NCBI RefSeq assembly: GCF_018977255.1
Contig: NW_024704742.1
Span: 62,870,001-62,934,000 of the forward strand
Origin: Callorhinchus milii
Lineage: Eukaryota
Direction of reading: 5' to 3'
Length of the DNA: 64,000 nt
Position 1 is the stretch's first letter. Every line of letters begins with the position of its first letter. The notes beneath the pieces are model-generated. The model saw nothing but the letters and a program-made list of their open reading frames with translations. It ran no database searches and had not been told where the DNA came from. A program made the translations under genes and the position numbers. Positions 11,033 through 22,070 of the stretch are shown here, piece by piece.

Positions 11033-12050
11033 CGCTTCGGGTTCTCTACAGTGGTGCTGGGTCTCAGAGAGCAGAACACTGTGCCATTGGGAGTGATTAT
11101 CAGAGTTACAGTGGGAGCTGGGATCACAGGAATAATCGCTCTGATCACCCTCATCTCCATCTTCTGACACTCAGCCAAGAGAGAAAAGGCCGTTTGACAT
11201 TCGAAGAGTGATATCCGCATCCAAATTGTTCCCAATGCCCAAATGTCTCCAAATCACAGAGGAGAGGATACCATCAGTCAATGGCTGGGAAAAGCGGATG
11301 TCCCAGGATGTCACAGACAGAGAACCATGAGATGTTTGAGGAAGACTTACTACACGCGCCTCTGTTTACCTAGCAGTAAATAGAAACCTGATTGTTAGTC
11401 GATTCCCGGATTGCTTTCCCGGGGGTAATAATCCCTCCAAAAAAATAATAAAAATAAATATAATAATAATTTGGTCACTCAATCCACGACTGTTTATGGG
11501 ACACTCATGGGCGTAATTGTCTGCCGCGTTTCTCCCAAAAACAGTCAATTCACTTTACAGTATATTCTTTGAGACATTTAGAAGACGTGATAAGGCGCAA
11601 TATCAAATGCAGGAATTATTAAGACTATGATTGTCTGAAGATGAAGGACCCCACAAATGGATGCTACAATGTGCACTTGGGCAAGGAAAGTGGTAGGTCA
11701 ACGTGGAATGGGTTCCTGGAGTACATCCCTTCCCCTCGGGGGGTCTTCGAAGCACCCTCAGCTTGACATGAAGGGCGGATGTACATCTCTGAGACGCCAT
11801 CTGAACATCTCCAAGCCTCACTAAACTCAGGGACTCCTAGAGTGAGGCTATGCCATAGACCCTATCTACAGCCACACGGCCTTCGTTCCAGCCCAGTTCA
11901 GCTGTGAGTATGTCACTCTTTCTGCATATGAGAGTGCAGAGGGCTGGGAGGAACATTCAGTTAGGTCCTTGCAACTCTGCTATCCATCCTCAAAAGCACT
12001 TATTGTATTATTGTTGAGCAACTCAACAGGGAATGCAAACACATGTGTGA
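11033..12050 (+). pseudogene. KIRREL: Processed pseudogene fragment of a KIRREL/NEPH-family Ig-superfamily receptor (end of Ig5, TM and whole cytoplasmic tail)
   Basis: Manual translation from 11033 gives RFGFSTVVLGLREQNTVPLGVIIRVTVGAGITGIIALITLISIF*HSAKREKAV*HSKSDIRIQIV. A frameshift leads to SMAGKSGCPRMSQTENHEMFEED, then a SINE, then DYDCLKMKDPTNGCYNVH (KDPTNGCYNV at 11644-11673), then AIDPIYSHTAFVPAQF, ending QQGMQTHV* (stop 12048-12050). KDPTNGYYxV and terminal MQTHV are KIRREL hallmarks. There are no introns, several in-frame TGA and frameshifts. Confidence 0.9.
11349..11620 (+). mobile_element. tRNA-Ala SINE (long, 5'-truncated) inserted in the KIRREL pseudogene
   Basis: SINE body and tail are present. 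The TSD AAGACT lies at 11342-11347 and 11621-11626, and the KIRREL frame (EED-YD) rejoins when the SINE is removed. Confidence 0.9.
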
Positions 12051-12089
12051 GAGAGACACCGTATCTCTATCTTTCCCCTGCTCCCCCCA

Positions 12090-12140
12090 CTCAATGTTGT
12101 GATGAAGTGCTATATCAAATGCAAGGATTATTATTGTTAT
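12090..12140 (+). mobile_element. L2/SINE-type 3' terminal tail capping the KIRREL retrocopy
   Basis: ctcaatgttgtgatgaagtgctatatcaaatgcaaggattattattgttat matches the SINE tail consensus in this window. Confidence 0.8.
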
Positions 12141-12547
12141 AAGCGCTCATTTCCTTTTGTGTTTTGTTATGAAACTTGTTCTATTTGCAAAGTAGCACAT
12201 TTTTATTTTGAAATTCCCCTTAAAGTGCAAAAAATAGCAAACAACAAACCAAACTATTTCACTTTCAATATTTTTTCATATTTCCTTTTGTGAACCTCAA
12301 AGCAGTCTGCAAATATCACAAATTGGCTCCCAAAGGATACTGAAACATTGGAGAGCTTTAGAGAAGAGTAACAAGGATGCATCTCTTATTTAGGGCTTTA
12401 AGCTTTTAGAATATTCTGTACTTGTTCTCACATAAAAAGACTGGAAGCAAAAATATTTCATGTGTTTAAAATGATGGGAAGTATAGTTAAATGTAGATAT
12501 AAACAGGCTTTTGGAATGACACTGTGAGAGCAGAACCAGTACAGATT

Positions 12548-12850
12548 TTAGCTTGGCTTAGTTAATACTCTTGCTCGTGGTCCAGAATGTTATGAGTTCA
12601 ACTTTACATTCAAATCTGAGCTCACTGTCTAGACTGATGCTCTGGGGAGTGTTGCCTTGTCAGAGATGCTGTCTTTTTGAAGAAACATTAAACTAAGGTA
12701 CCATCTTAAGGTACCATCTAAGGTACCGTCTGTTCTTCAGGTGGATGTTAATGATCCCATTCTACTATTTGAAAAAAGAGAAGAGAGCTTCTCCTGAGTG
12801 TCCAGGCAAACAATCCTAAATATTAATCAACTTGTTGCTTTTGGTGGGAC
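12548..12850 (+). mobile_element. Deu-domain SINE with an internal (taaggtaccatc)x3 tandem duplication
   Basis: Deu motifs are present; the 12-13 bp unit is repeated at ~12695-12731. Confidence 0.75.
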
Positions 12851-13069
12851 CTCGCGAAAAAAAAAACACTTGAGATGTTTTCATGCAATAATCCTGAAAC
12901 TTCTTTCTGGAGAGCGCAGATATAAAAAATGTAAAAAGCCTCAAGCAGAGAGAGACATAGATTTCCAAATTAATGTGTCTGCGGAAGAGACACCATAAAA
13001 AAGCAAATGATCTTTCTACAAAATGGATAACAATGTGCTTGGAATTATTTTTTGAGGATGTAATAATAA

Positions 13070-13530
13070 TAATTTTGCAATTTAATAACATCTTTCTGCT
13101 CAGGAAAGTGTCTCAAAGTGCTTCACATGATTCAATGTAGTGATTGTATGATTTTCAGGGCCTTGGGACGTCCTGCCGACGTGAAAGGCACAATACAAAT
13201 GTAATCTTTACATTGTTTTGTAGGCTAACTGCTGTAGCCAATTTGCAGAGCAATGTCTTATAGACAGCCATGAAGTGAATGATCAATTTTACTTTGGGGA
13301 ATTTGTTTGACAGGGCACCAGGAGATACTCCCTTCTCTTTTCAAATTGTGCCAGGAGATATTTAACATCTACCTGAATAGCAGATGGGACCTGGATTTAA
13401 CATCTCATCTGAAGGATGGCACCTTCAATCAGCAATATTCCCTCAGCAAGCATTCTACTGAGGTGTTCAAAGTCTCAGTGTGGGGCTTGAACTCATAACC
13501 TTCTGAAACAGACTAAGCCAGGGTTACACA
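13070..13530 (-). mobile_element. Deu-domain SINE (interrupted by an L2 tail)
   Basis: Reverse Deu motifs tttaacatctcatctgaaggatggcacc and cttgaactcataaccttctga. Confidence 0.7.
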
Positions 13531-14274
13531 CATGTAGGACAAGTTGCAGACTGAAGTGATTGAATACCACAATACCACAATGGTATCCTTGTTGCTCAGA
13601 ATGGGGGAGTAGGAGAGGAAATATAAGTGAAACCTGTATGTTCTTAATCTGGCGCTGTGCTTGAATATCTTTGGAGTTCAGGAAGCTTTGTGTCTGGAAG
13701 GAATGGATCAATAATCTTTTCTTATTCTGTCAATTTTTTTTATGTTCTGATCCTCCTGTAAAGAACCTACATTTAGTTGTAAAATATTCACCTTGTTGGG
13801 ACATGAGTCCTACAGATTGGCCTTGAGTATTTGATACAATCTGCACTCATTTTGTGTTTGGACAGAATCGTAATAACTGTTTTCGCTACACTTTTATTTC
13901 TGTTATCTCAAACCTGAAATAAATCACTTATTTTAACAATTTAAAACTGCATAAAGAATTACAATGTTTCACAAATAGGCATTGCTTTTTAAATATCATT
14001 ATCCAACATGATAATACTGTGCTTCTTAGCTTTCTTCCTCTGTTCCATTAATCAGTGGCTACATACATAATTTAAGGACATTAAAATTCATTGAAATCAT
14101 GAAACGAGACGATGACACTTTGGATAAAATGCAATCCCATTTAACTAACAATCATAAATCATCTCAGGGTTATATTACAAATCAAATTCATTTCATTACA
14201 AATAAAAACTACATACAAAATCACTTAACCTTCAGACTGACGATAGATTGTCATCTTTCCTGTTCTCTTGCTAC

Positions 14275-14613
14275 TTTCATTATTATATCCCTTCATGCCT
14301 TGGCACCTACTTACCTGTCTGGCCTGTTTACGCCCCAATCCACTACCCTTTGCCTCTGCTTCACTGGCTCCGGCCTCCTGCTTGTCCCTCGTATGCTCCG
14401 TTACACCATCGGTGGCCACACTTTCAGCCACAGCGCCGCGAAACTCTGCAACACTCTTCCTCTATCCCACTGCCTTGCCCCTTCCTTTCCCATCTTCAGG
14501 TCCCGCCTGAAAACCTTCCTTTTTGACAGTCACTTACCCCCGGCTCAGAATTGTGCTCTGGAATGCTACCCCTGTGTGAGAGGTGCTATATAAATGCAAG
14601 TTTTTTGTTGTTG
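14275..14613 (+). mobile_element. L2 3' end
   Basis: SLHALAPTYLSGL...TIGGHTFSHSAAKLCNTLP...FRSRLKTFLF, with tail tatataaatgcaagtt. Confidence 0.88.
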
Positions 14614-14694
14614 TATCACATTATTTTCATTTCACTTTCCTTACTCTTTCGGCATTACCTCTGTGAAACTCTTTGAGACATTATTCTACATGAA

Positions 14695-15810
14695 AATCAT
14701 AGAATCATAGAATTTTACAGCACAGAAGGATGCCATTCGGCTCATCGTGCCTGTGCCAGCCCTTTGAAAAAGCAATCAGCTCTTCTCATTCTTACCCCAT
14801 AACCCTGCAAATCTTTCCGCTTAAGGAAAAAATTGCCTTTGAAAGCTATTATTGAATCTGCTTCCACCACCCTTTCATTCCAGACCATAACAACTCTCTG
14901 GGTAAAAAAAATTATCCTTGTCTTCCCTCTGGTTCTTTTGCCAATTATCTTGAATTTGTGTCCTCTGGTTATCAACTCACTGCCCAGACAAAACAGTTTC
15001 TCCCTCTATAGTCTATCCAAACCCTTCATAATTTTGAACACCTCTATTAAATTTTCTTTCAACCTTCTCTACTCTAAGGAGAACAATCCCAAGCTCTCTA
15101 GTCTCTCCATATAATGGTAGTGCCTCATCTCTGGTATCATTCTGTAAATCTCCCTTACACCCTCTCCAAGGCCCTGATATCCTTCCTAAAATGTGGTGCC
15201 CAGAATTGGACATAATACTCCAACTGAGGCCTAACCAATGATTTGTAAAGTTTCAACATAACTTCCTTGCTCTTAAACTCTATTTCTCTATTTGTAAGCC
15301 CAAGGATTCCATGGTTTTTTTAAACACTTTGTCAACTTGTCAATAAATCCAGAGATTTGTGTATGTGAACCCCCAGATCTCTCAGCTCCTGCCCCCTTTT
15401 AAAATTGTACCATATATCTTATAATGCCTCTCCTCATTCCTCCTCCCAAAATACATCACTTCATACTTCTCTGCATTAAATTCCATCTGCCATGTGTCTG
15501 CTCATTTCACCAGCCTGTCTATGTCCTCCTGCAGTTTGTTACTACCCTTACTAACTATTTAATACATTTCCAAGTTTTGTGTCATCTGAGAACTTTAAAA
15601 CTTTGCTCTCTATACCCTAGTCCAGGTCACTAATATATATTAAAAAGAGCATTGGTCCTCACACCAATCCCCAGGGACACCACTGTATACCTTCCTCTAG
15701 TATGAAAAACAACCGTTCACCACTACCCTCTGCTTTCTGTCTCCCGGGAATTTGGATTAATCCCATGGGCTTCAATTTTGCTAACAAGTCGATTATGTGG
15801 CACTTTAACA
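14695..15810 (-). mobile_element. CR1 LINE 3' portion (decayed RT)
   Basis: (aatcatag)n terminus; TRGHKFKI...FFTQRVVMVWN...VVEADSIIAFK; CR1 RT motifs upstream. Confidence 0.92.
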
Positions 15811-16654
15811 AGTGATAAATAAATCACTAGATAAATAATATTTATTTTTATTAATTTTTAGTCCCACTGACCATTTTCTAATTATAATTATCCTTGTATT
15901 TGATATGGCTCCTTATCATGCAGTCCAGATGTCTCAAAGTGCTTCACAAGATGTTACTGTGAAGTGTAGTGACTCTGTATTGTAATGTGAACAAGTTAGC
16001 CTTTTTGAACGCAGTCATGTCCCACACACAACCATGAAGTGAAAGACCAAAACTTGTTAGTTAATAATCCTCATAGTTGATGCAGTGCTCATAGAGTAGA
16101 GCATCTCAACGTGCTTCACAGATCATTTCTGCCAACTGTTGTGACTGAATTTGTCAAAAAAAATTATAAAAGATTTAATGTTAGAATTCTCCCAAACGCA
16201 TCCCCTTCTTGTTCATTCGGGAAATTGCAGTTGGTTAGACTTGTATCTGGCTCAGGTATCAGTTTCTGCCCTCTGCTGCCAGACCATCCTCTTTTTCATG
16301 GCTCTTCTCTGGTTGTTTAAGCGCCAGGTTTAAACCAGTTCAGTGAGTTTTCCTTTGGGTGCCATACTTTGCGTGCAGCAGTAATTTTAGAAGCAGTAGA
16401 TCCAAAATTATAATTTAGTGGTTTGGCAGCAAACAAACTTGGTTCATGCCAAAAGTGTTTATATGTTTGCAAGTCAAATATCATAGAATTATACAGCACA
16501 GAAGGATGCTATTTGGGCCATCGTGTCTGTGCAAATATAGGGTACAGTTTCTTTATACTTCTTTTGTTTCCATCTTCTTTCACAGCTGCTCAGTGTCTGC
16601 AATCTCTTTCTTGTTATGTGCTTTTATGTGTTTTTATGTTACAGTAGATACTAC

Positions 16655-16766
16655 TAATAATAATAATTCTTGCATTTGATATAGCACTGTATCATACCAT
16701 TGAGATGTCTCAAAGTGCTTCACAGAATATACTGTAAAGTGAATTGACTGTATATTTTGTGGGCGA
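16655..16766 (-). mobile_element. tRNA-Ala SINE 3' fragment
   Basis: Matches the tail consensus. Confidence 0.8.
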
Positions 16767-17167
16767 GATGCATAAAAGTAAGTAAATACACTTCTTGACA
16801 TGTATAAATCCAAAGTGCTGTGAAAGCAAAGGAAGTTAATTAGCTTTTGAAATATAAACATCCATTTAACACTTTGAGTGTAACCCTACATCAGAACTTT
16901 GTTAAGGGAAATAAAACGTTGAAAGAAAATAGGACATTCAGACCATAAAACCACAGCCCACACAAACTCCCTCTATAATGGGCACTATTCTCAAATACTT
17001 TTATGATCTTGCCTCATCTTACCTCTGCAATCTCTTGCGTTCCTACTAAATTGATTTGCATCCCATGCTCACTCCATCCCAGTCATTGGCAGTAAGGCAA
17101 GCACCCTCTTCAACTCTCTTTTGAAATTCATAGAATACACAGCAGCACACAACATCTTCTAAACCCT

Positions 17168-17560
17168 GCTATCAGCTTGATACAGTTATCAGCATCCTTA
17201 CTTCTACATCAGAAGGTTGTGGGTTCAAGTTCTATGTCGGGACATGATTTCACAGTTTAGGATGACACTCCACTACCGTAATAGGGGAATGTGGCATTGT
17301 TGGAGGTGTTGCCTTTCTGAGATTGCTTTAAAAACAAGGTTTATTTTTCCAACAGATGTTGAAGATTTGATACAATACAAAATCAAAAAGAGAAGGAACT
17401 TTCTCCTGGTATCCTTGTCAACAATCCTCCTGATTAATTAACCATTCATCCCATGGCTGTTTGTGGGACCTCTGGCTGTCAAATTTGCCTACAAAACCAG
17501 TTATTATAATCAACTTTAATTACTGTAAAATGCTTTCCAGCGTGATAAGGTTCAGTAAAC
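17168..17560 (+). mobile_element. Deu-domain SINE
   Basis: tcagaaggttgtgggttcaagt head plus Deu motifs. Confidence 0.75.
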
Positions 17561-18014
17561 TGCAATCTCTTTCTCCCTTTTTCATTTTTCATTTGTATTC
17601 ACTGCCAGTTCACTGTATAATTTATGGTGCTCTTTAGTTTTGCTGAAGCAGGTATAGAAATGTACCATTTCTGATATATCTTCTGATGTTGAACCCATAG
17701 ATGCAGAGCTGAAAGAATTGTTTTACCCCTTCAGCGCATGTGAATACAAATCCCTTCTTTTGCTAACAGAAAACAATTAACTCAAAATCTGATACACACA
17801 TCCTGCCACCAGTCTTTCACCACTACCTTGTCCTTCAGGTGAGATGTTAAACCAAGGTCCATTCTCTCTGTTCAGGTGGAGATTAAAGATTGCATGGCAT
17901 TTTCCAAAATGAGAGGGCTGTTTCTCCCAGTGCAAATAAAATTGTTCATTCACTTCAAGGTTGTTTGTGGAACATTGTTGTGCACAAATTGGCCTTCAAA
18001 ATAGTACAGGTAAA

Positions 18015-18945
18015 CAAAATGTAAAATACTGCAGATGCTGGAAATCTGAAACAAAAACACAAGTCGTTGTCAACACTCAGCAGGTCAGGCAGCATCTATG
18101 GAGAAAGGAAAGTGAGTCAACCTTTCAGGTCAATGACCTTTCGTCAGAACTGGGGCATGTTGAGAGGGAGAGGTTTTTAAGGGCTAACAGAGAGAGGGGA
18201 AGCAGGACAAGGAAGATGAAAGCAAAAATGGGGTAGAGGACAGGGGATGATGGATTAACAAAGTGTTAGTGATGCAAAAAAGGGGGGATTGCAACAAAAC
18301 AGGGGAATAGAGGTATTAATAATGCAAAAAAGTGGGGGGAAACATTGCTACAAAATAGGCAGACCAGAGAGAGAAAAGGTGTGTCTGGGACCCAGATGAT
18401 GTGGCAATGGTCACAGAAGAGGGTGAGGGGGAAGGTGAGGCCAGAGGGTTGTAAGGTCCCTAGCAGATAGATGAGGTGCTGTTCCTTGAGCTCATTGCAA
18501 CAGTGTAGGAGACCATGGCTGGCGAGGTTAGAGTGTGAGTGAGAGGGAGAGTTGAAGTGCCAAGAAACCAGAAGCTCAGGGTTGTGCTTGCAACCAGAAT
18601 GGAGGTGTTCAGCAAATTGCTTACCAATCTGCTTTTCGTCTTCCCAATGTGGAAGAGACCACATCGTGAGCAGCAAATGCAGTAAACTACATTGGTGGTA
18701 GCACACGTAAATCACTGTCTCACTTGAAAACTGAATTTGGGACTCTGGACAGTGGTATGGGAGGAGATGAAAGGGCAGGTATTGCATCTCCTGCGCTGGC
18801 ATGGAAAGGTGCCGGGGAAGGAAAGCAACTGTTGGTGGCGATGGAGGAATGAACCAGGGAGACACGGAGGGAACGGTCCCTTTGGAATGCTGAGAGGGGA
18901 GGGGAGGGAAAGATATGTTTAGTGGTTGGATCACGCTGGAGTTTC
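18015..18945 (-). mobile_element. Penelope-like retroelement 3' part (GIY-YIG region plus 3' terminal repeat)
   Basis: LQRDPTTKHIFPSPPLSAFQRDRSLRVSLVHS and IGKQFAEHLHS...VSWHFNSPSHSHS...KEQHLIYLLGTLQPSGL. The terminus is gatgctgcctgacctgctgagt...atttccagcatctgcagt. Confidence 0.9.
18114..18152 (-). ncRNA. Minimal hammerhead ribozyme-like motif in the Penelope terminal repeat (probably mutated)
   Basis: The minus strand reads CAGTT CTGACGA A AGGTC ATT GACCT GAAA GGTT GACTC: CUGAnGA core, 5-bp stem II, GAAA, and a short GUU/GAC stem I. Confidence 0.65.
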
Positions 18946-19089
18946 ACGCCTTCCCCCTCTTCCTAGAATCGTGTTAGGGATCCCCTAGTCCTCGCCATCC
19001 ACCCCCCCAGCTTCAACATCCAACAAATAATTCTCTGCCATTTGTGGCACCTCTATCGTGATCCAATCACTAAATATATCTTTCCCTCT
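18946..19089 (+). mobile_element. Inverted Penelope segment
   Basis: RDPLVLAIHPPSFNIQQIILCHLWHLYRDPITKYIFPS overlaps the start of the minus-strand piece. Confidence 0.8.
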
Positions 19090-19099
19090 GTGACTCCAT

Positions 19100-19830
19100 A
19101 TCAGGGTGGGGGGGTGGCCGTAAGCATGACAGAAGGGGAAGATTTTTAGGTGGGACTTGAAACAGGGAGAGAGGGAGCAAGGCAGAGGTATTGAGGGAGA
19201 GCGTTCCACAGTTTCAGGGCATAGTGGTTGAAAGTGCGACCTCCAATGGTGTGAGGGACGAGCAGAAGGCTGGTGTCAGTCGAGCAGAGGCAGGGAGGTG
19301 AGGCAGGGAGGTGCCAAAGAGTGAAGGAATTTGAACATGAGTGTGAGGATCCTGAAGTCGGTCCGTTCAGTGATGGGGGGCCAGTGGAGCCTGGCCAGAA
19401 CTGGTGAGATGCGGGTATGGAGTTTGGTCCGGATCAGTATGTGGGCAGCAGAGTTCTGAATGAGCTGGATCTTTTGAATAGTGGAGCTGGGGAGACCGGT
19501 GAGCAGTGTGTTTCTGGTGCAGTCGGAGGTGGGCAATGTGATGGAGATGGAAGAAGGCACTCGTGTTCAGGGATCAGATGTGTGGAAGGTTAAGGAGTTT
19601 AAATCCGCAGGCATGAACACGTTGACAGGAGCCAAGGAGTATGGCTTCCATCTTGTCCACATTCAGCTGCAGGAAGTTGCACTCATCCAGACTCTGATGT
19701 CTGCCAGACAAGCTGATAGAACATCAGCAGACCTGGAGTTGGTAATGGAGGAGGCAAAATAGATTTGTGCGTCATTCACATAAATGTGGAATGTGGCAGG
19801 AGCCACGGCAGAGGGAGAAGGTGGTTTGAA
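19100..19830 (-). mobile_element. L2 LINE 3' portion
   Basis: YVNDAQIY, CLADIRVWMS and IQLIQNSAAHILIRTK...ISPVLARLHWPPI. Confidence 0.9.
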
Positions 19831-20006
19831 TGGTCTGGGTGGGGTAGAAGGGGACAATAGGGGGTGTTGGGAGAGGACAATGCAGCCAAGCATATGTTTT
19901 CAATCTTTGAGGTAAAGAAGTGTAGGTAAGTAGTTAAGAAATGAAAGTGGTGCCACCATCCAAACTACCATAATTTCTTTCTAGTGTTTGGGAAAAAAAC
20001 AGTAAA

Positions 20007-20887
20007 AATAATAATCTTTGTATTTGATATAGCACCTTACAACATCTTCGAGGCATCCCAAAGCGCTTCACAGAAAATACTGGAAAGTATTTTCCAGCTG
20101 CAACCCCCAGGCACCTGATATTCTGTCAGCTTGTCTGTCGGACATCAAGAGCTGGATGAGCGCAAATTTCCTGTAGTTAAATGTCAACAAGATGGAAGCC
20201 ATACTCTTTGGCTCCTGTTGAATTCTTCTGTCCCACGGTTCCGACCTCCTCAACCTACGCGACCTGTCCTTAAAACTCTCCGAACCCGTGTGCAACTTAG
20301 GCATCAGGTTCAATCCCCAGTAATCCTTCCACCCCCACATCTGGTCCCTGACCAGCACCGCTTTCCTCCATCTCCACCACATTGCCCGTCCCCGACAATA
20401 CCTCACCCCCAAAAGCTGCCAAAACCCTTGTCCATGCCGTTGTCACCTCTTAGCTGGACTACTCTTATGCCCTCCTCACCGGTCTCCCCTCCTCCACTAG
20501 ACCTTCTGCTTCGACCGTGCCTAAGGTCACCTTCTCCCTCCGCCTGGTTCAGCCTCAGGCTCCACCATTGTTAAGTGCTCTGAGATGAAGCCCAGCGTGA
20601 AAGTGAATTGACTGCATATTTTGTGGGCAAAATGCAGCAGCCATTTGTGCCCAGTAGTGTCCCACAAATAGTCGTGGATTGATTGACCAATTTATAATTT
20701 TTTTAAGGCATTTTTACCCCCGGAAAAGCAATCCACCGATCGACTAACAACAGGGTTCCAACTTACTGCTGGGTAAACAGAGATATGCGGAGTAAAGAAA
20801 CCTGCCCAACATTTTGCCCTGTCGAGAAATGATCACAGGTCTCTCGCTTGCAAGGCGAGTGCTCTAACCACTAAGCTACAGGACTCC
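20007..20887 (-). mobile_element. tRNA-Ala SINE (long) interrupted by a + strand L2 fragment (~20089-20598)
   Basis: Two SINE halves flank L2-like sequence (gacatcaagagctggatgagcgcaaatttcct). GAAAGT is duplicated at 20083-20088 and 20599-20604. Confidence 0.85.
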
Positions 20888-21404
20888 ACAGCAGCAAGAA
20901 AATTAATGGCTACTGTTACTTTAACAGGCAAATTGCAGACCAGTTGGAATCACCAAGGAACTCTTTAAATCTGGAGCAGCATTATTACATAGCTCAGTAA
21001 TTACTTCCCTGGTGATTCCAGGCCTTTTGATGGACTACATCTCCATTAAAACAAAGTTACATTTGATTTGTACAGCTTTTATGTGGGTTACCCTACTCCT
21101 TAGTGCCCCCCACACGTATGCCTGCAACTCCTGCATCCTTCAGACAATCTGACATCTGCCACATCTTGTTATAGAGACAACATTGGTTGCTTTAAAATGT
21201 GGTCTGTGCCATTTCAAAGTACAGAAAATGTGATTGGTTGTAGCTCAAAATAACTAGCTTGATGGGTGCTTTATATCAACAGTCGTAGCCATTAGATGTG
21301 TGTTATACCTAAGCACTTATATGTGAGGTACATTAATAACACAGAATGACTTATTCACCAGATGGCCATATTGCTTTTGATAGTTTTTGAATGAAACATT
21401 CTCT

Positions 21405-21612
21405 TTTCTAATAATGCCACGGGATCTTTAACAATCACTTAAGCATACAGACGTGTTTAACGTCTCATTTGAAGGCCAGCAACTACAACAATGTAGTGGA
21501 CCCCGAGCACTGTGTTGGAGTTTCAACTTAGACTATATGAGTTCAAAGTCGCAAATTGTACCTTCAGCCCACAACCTTCAGACTCGGAGGTGAAAGTGAT
21601 ACCACCTGAGCC
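21405..21612 (-). mobile_element. Deu-domain SINE
   Basis: gccacgggatcttt...tttaacgtctcatttgaagg...cccacaaccttcagactc. Confidence 0.75.
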
Positions 21613-21759
21613 AGGTAGATGTGTGTAGCTTGTGATTATTTCAGAACTTATAGCATTGGAGGAGTTCTGTTGTTGAACTATAATATATGAATACACAATT
21701 GGAAGTGCATATTGTCCAAGTGTTTTCATGTACCATCCCACTGATTATGATCTCTAGTG

Positions 21760-22070
21760 TTCACTGGTTGAGCATTGCAATAACATCTTGTGGCATTATC
21801 ACAGGAGTACACTTCCTCTACATTTCCCTCCAAGTCAGGTGCCATAATGACTTGGACATTTATCTCCACTTTTTCATCTTTGCTGTGTCAAATCCTGGAA
21901 CTGCCTACCTAACAACAGTTTACATTCGTATAGCATTTGTAGTTCCTTGGAGCATTGAAATATCTATTATGGGATCACCATCACCACAGGACTACAGTGA
22001 CAAAGGTCACTTTTTCAGGACAACTAGCAATGGCCAGTGTGTGCCAGGCCAACCACATCCAGAGAATCAG
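21760..22070 (+). mobile_element. Ancient LINE 3' end remnant
   Basis: ccctccaagtca...tgacttgga.at.tatc...tcaaatcctggaact.cctacctaac...ccacatcc resembles a chondrichthyan LINE terminus recalled from memory. Confidence 0.5.

Noticed and set aside
10985..11051. Polypyrimidine tract plus ctctacag as a splice acceptor for a live KIRREL exon
   Set aside because: KIRREL-like coding similarity extends upstream through the AG (RFGFST), and the downstream frame has stops and frameshifts.
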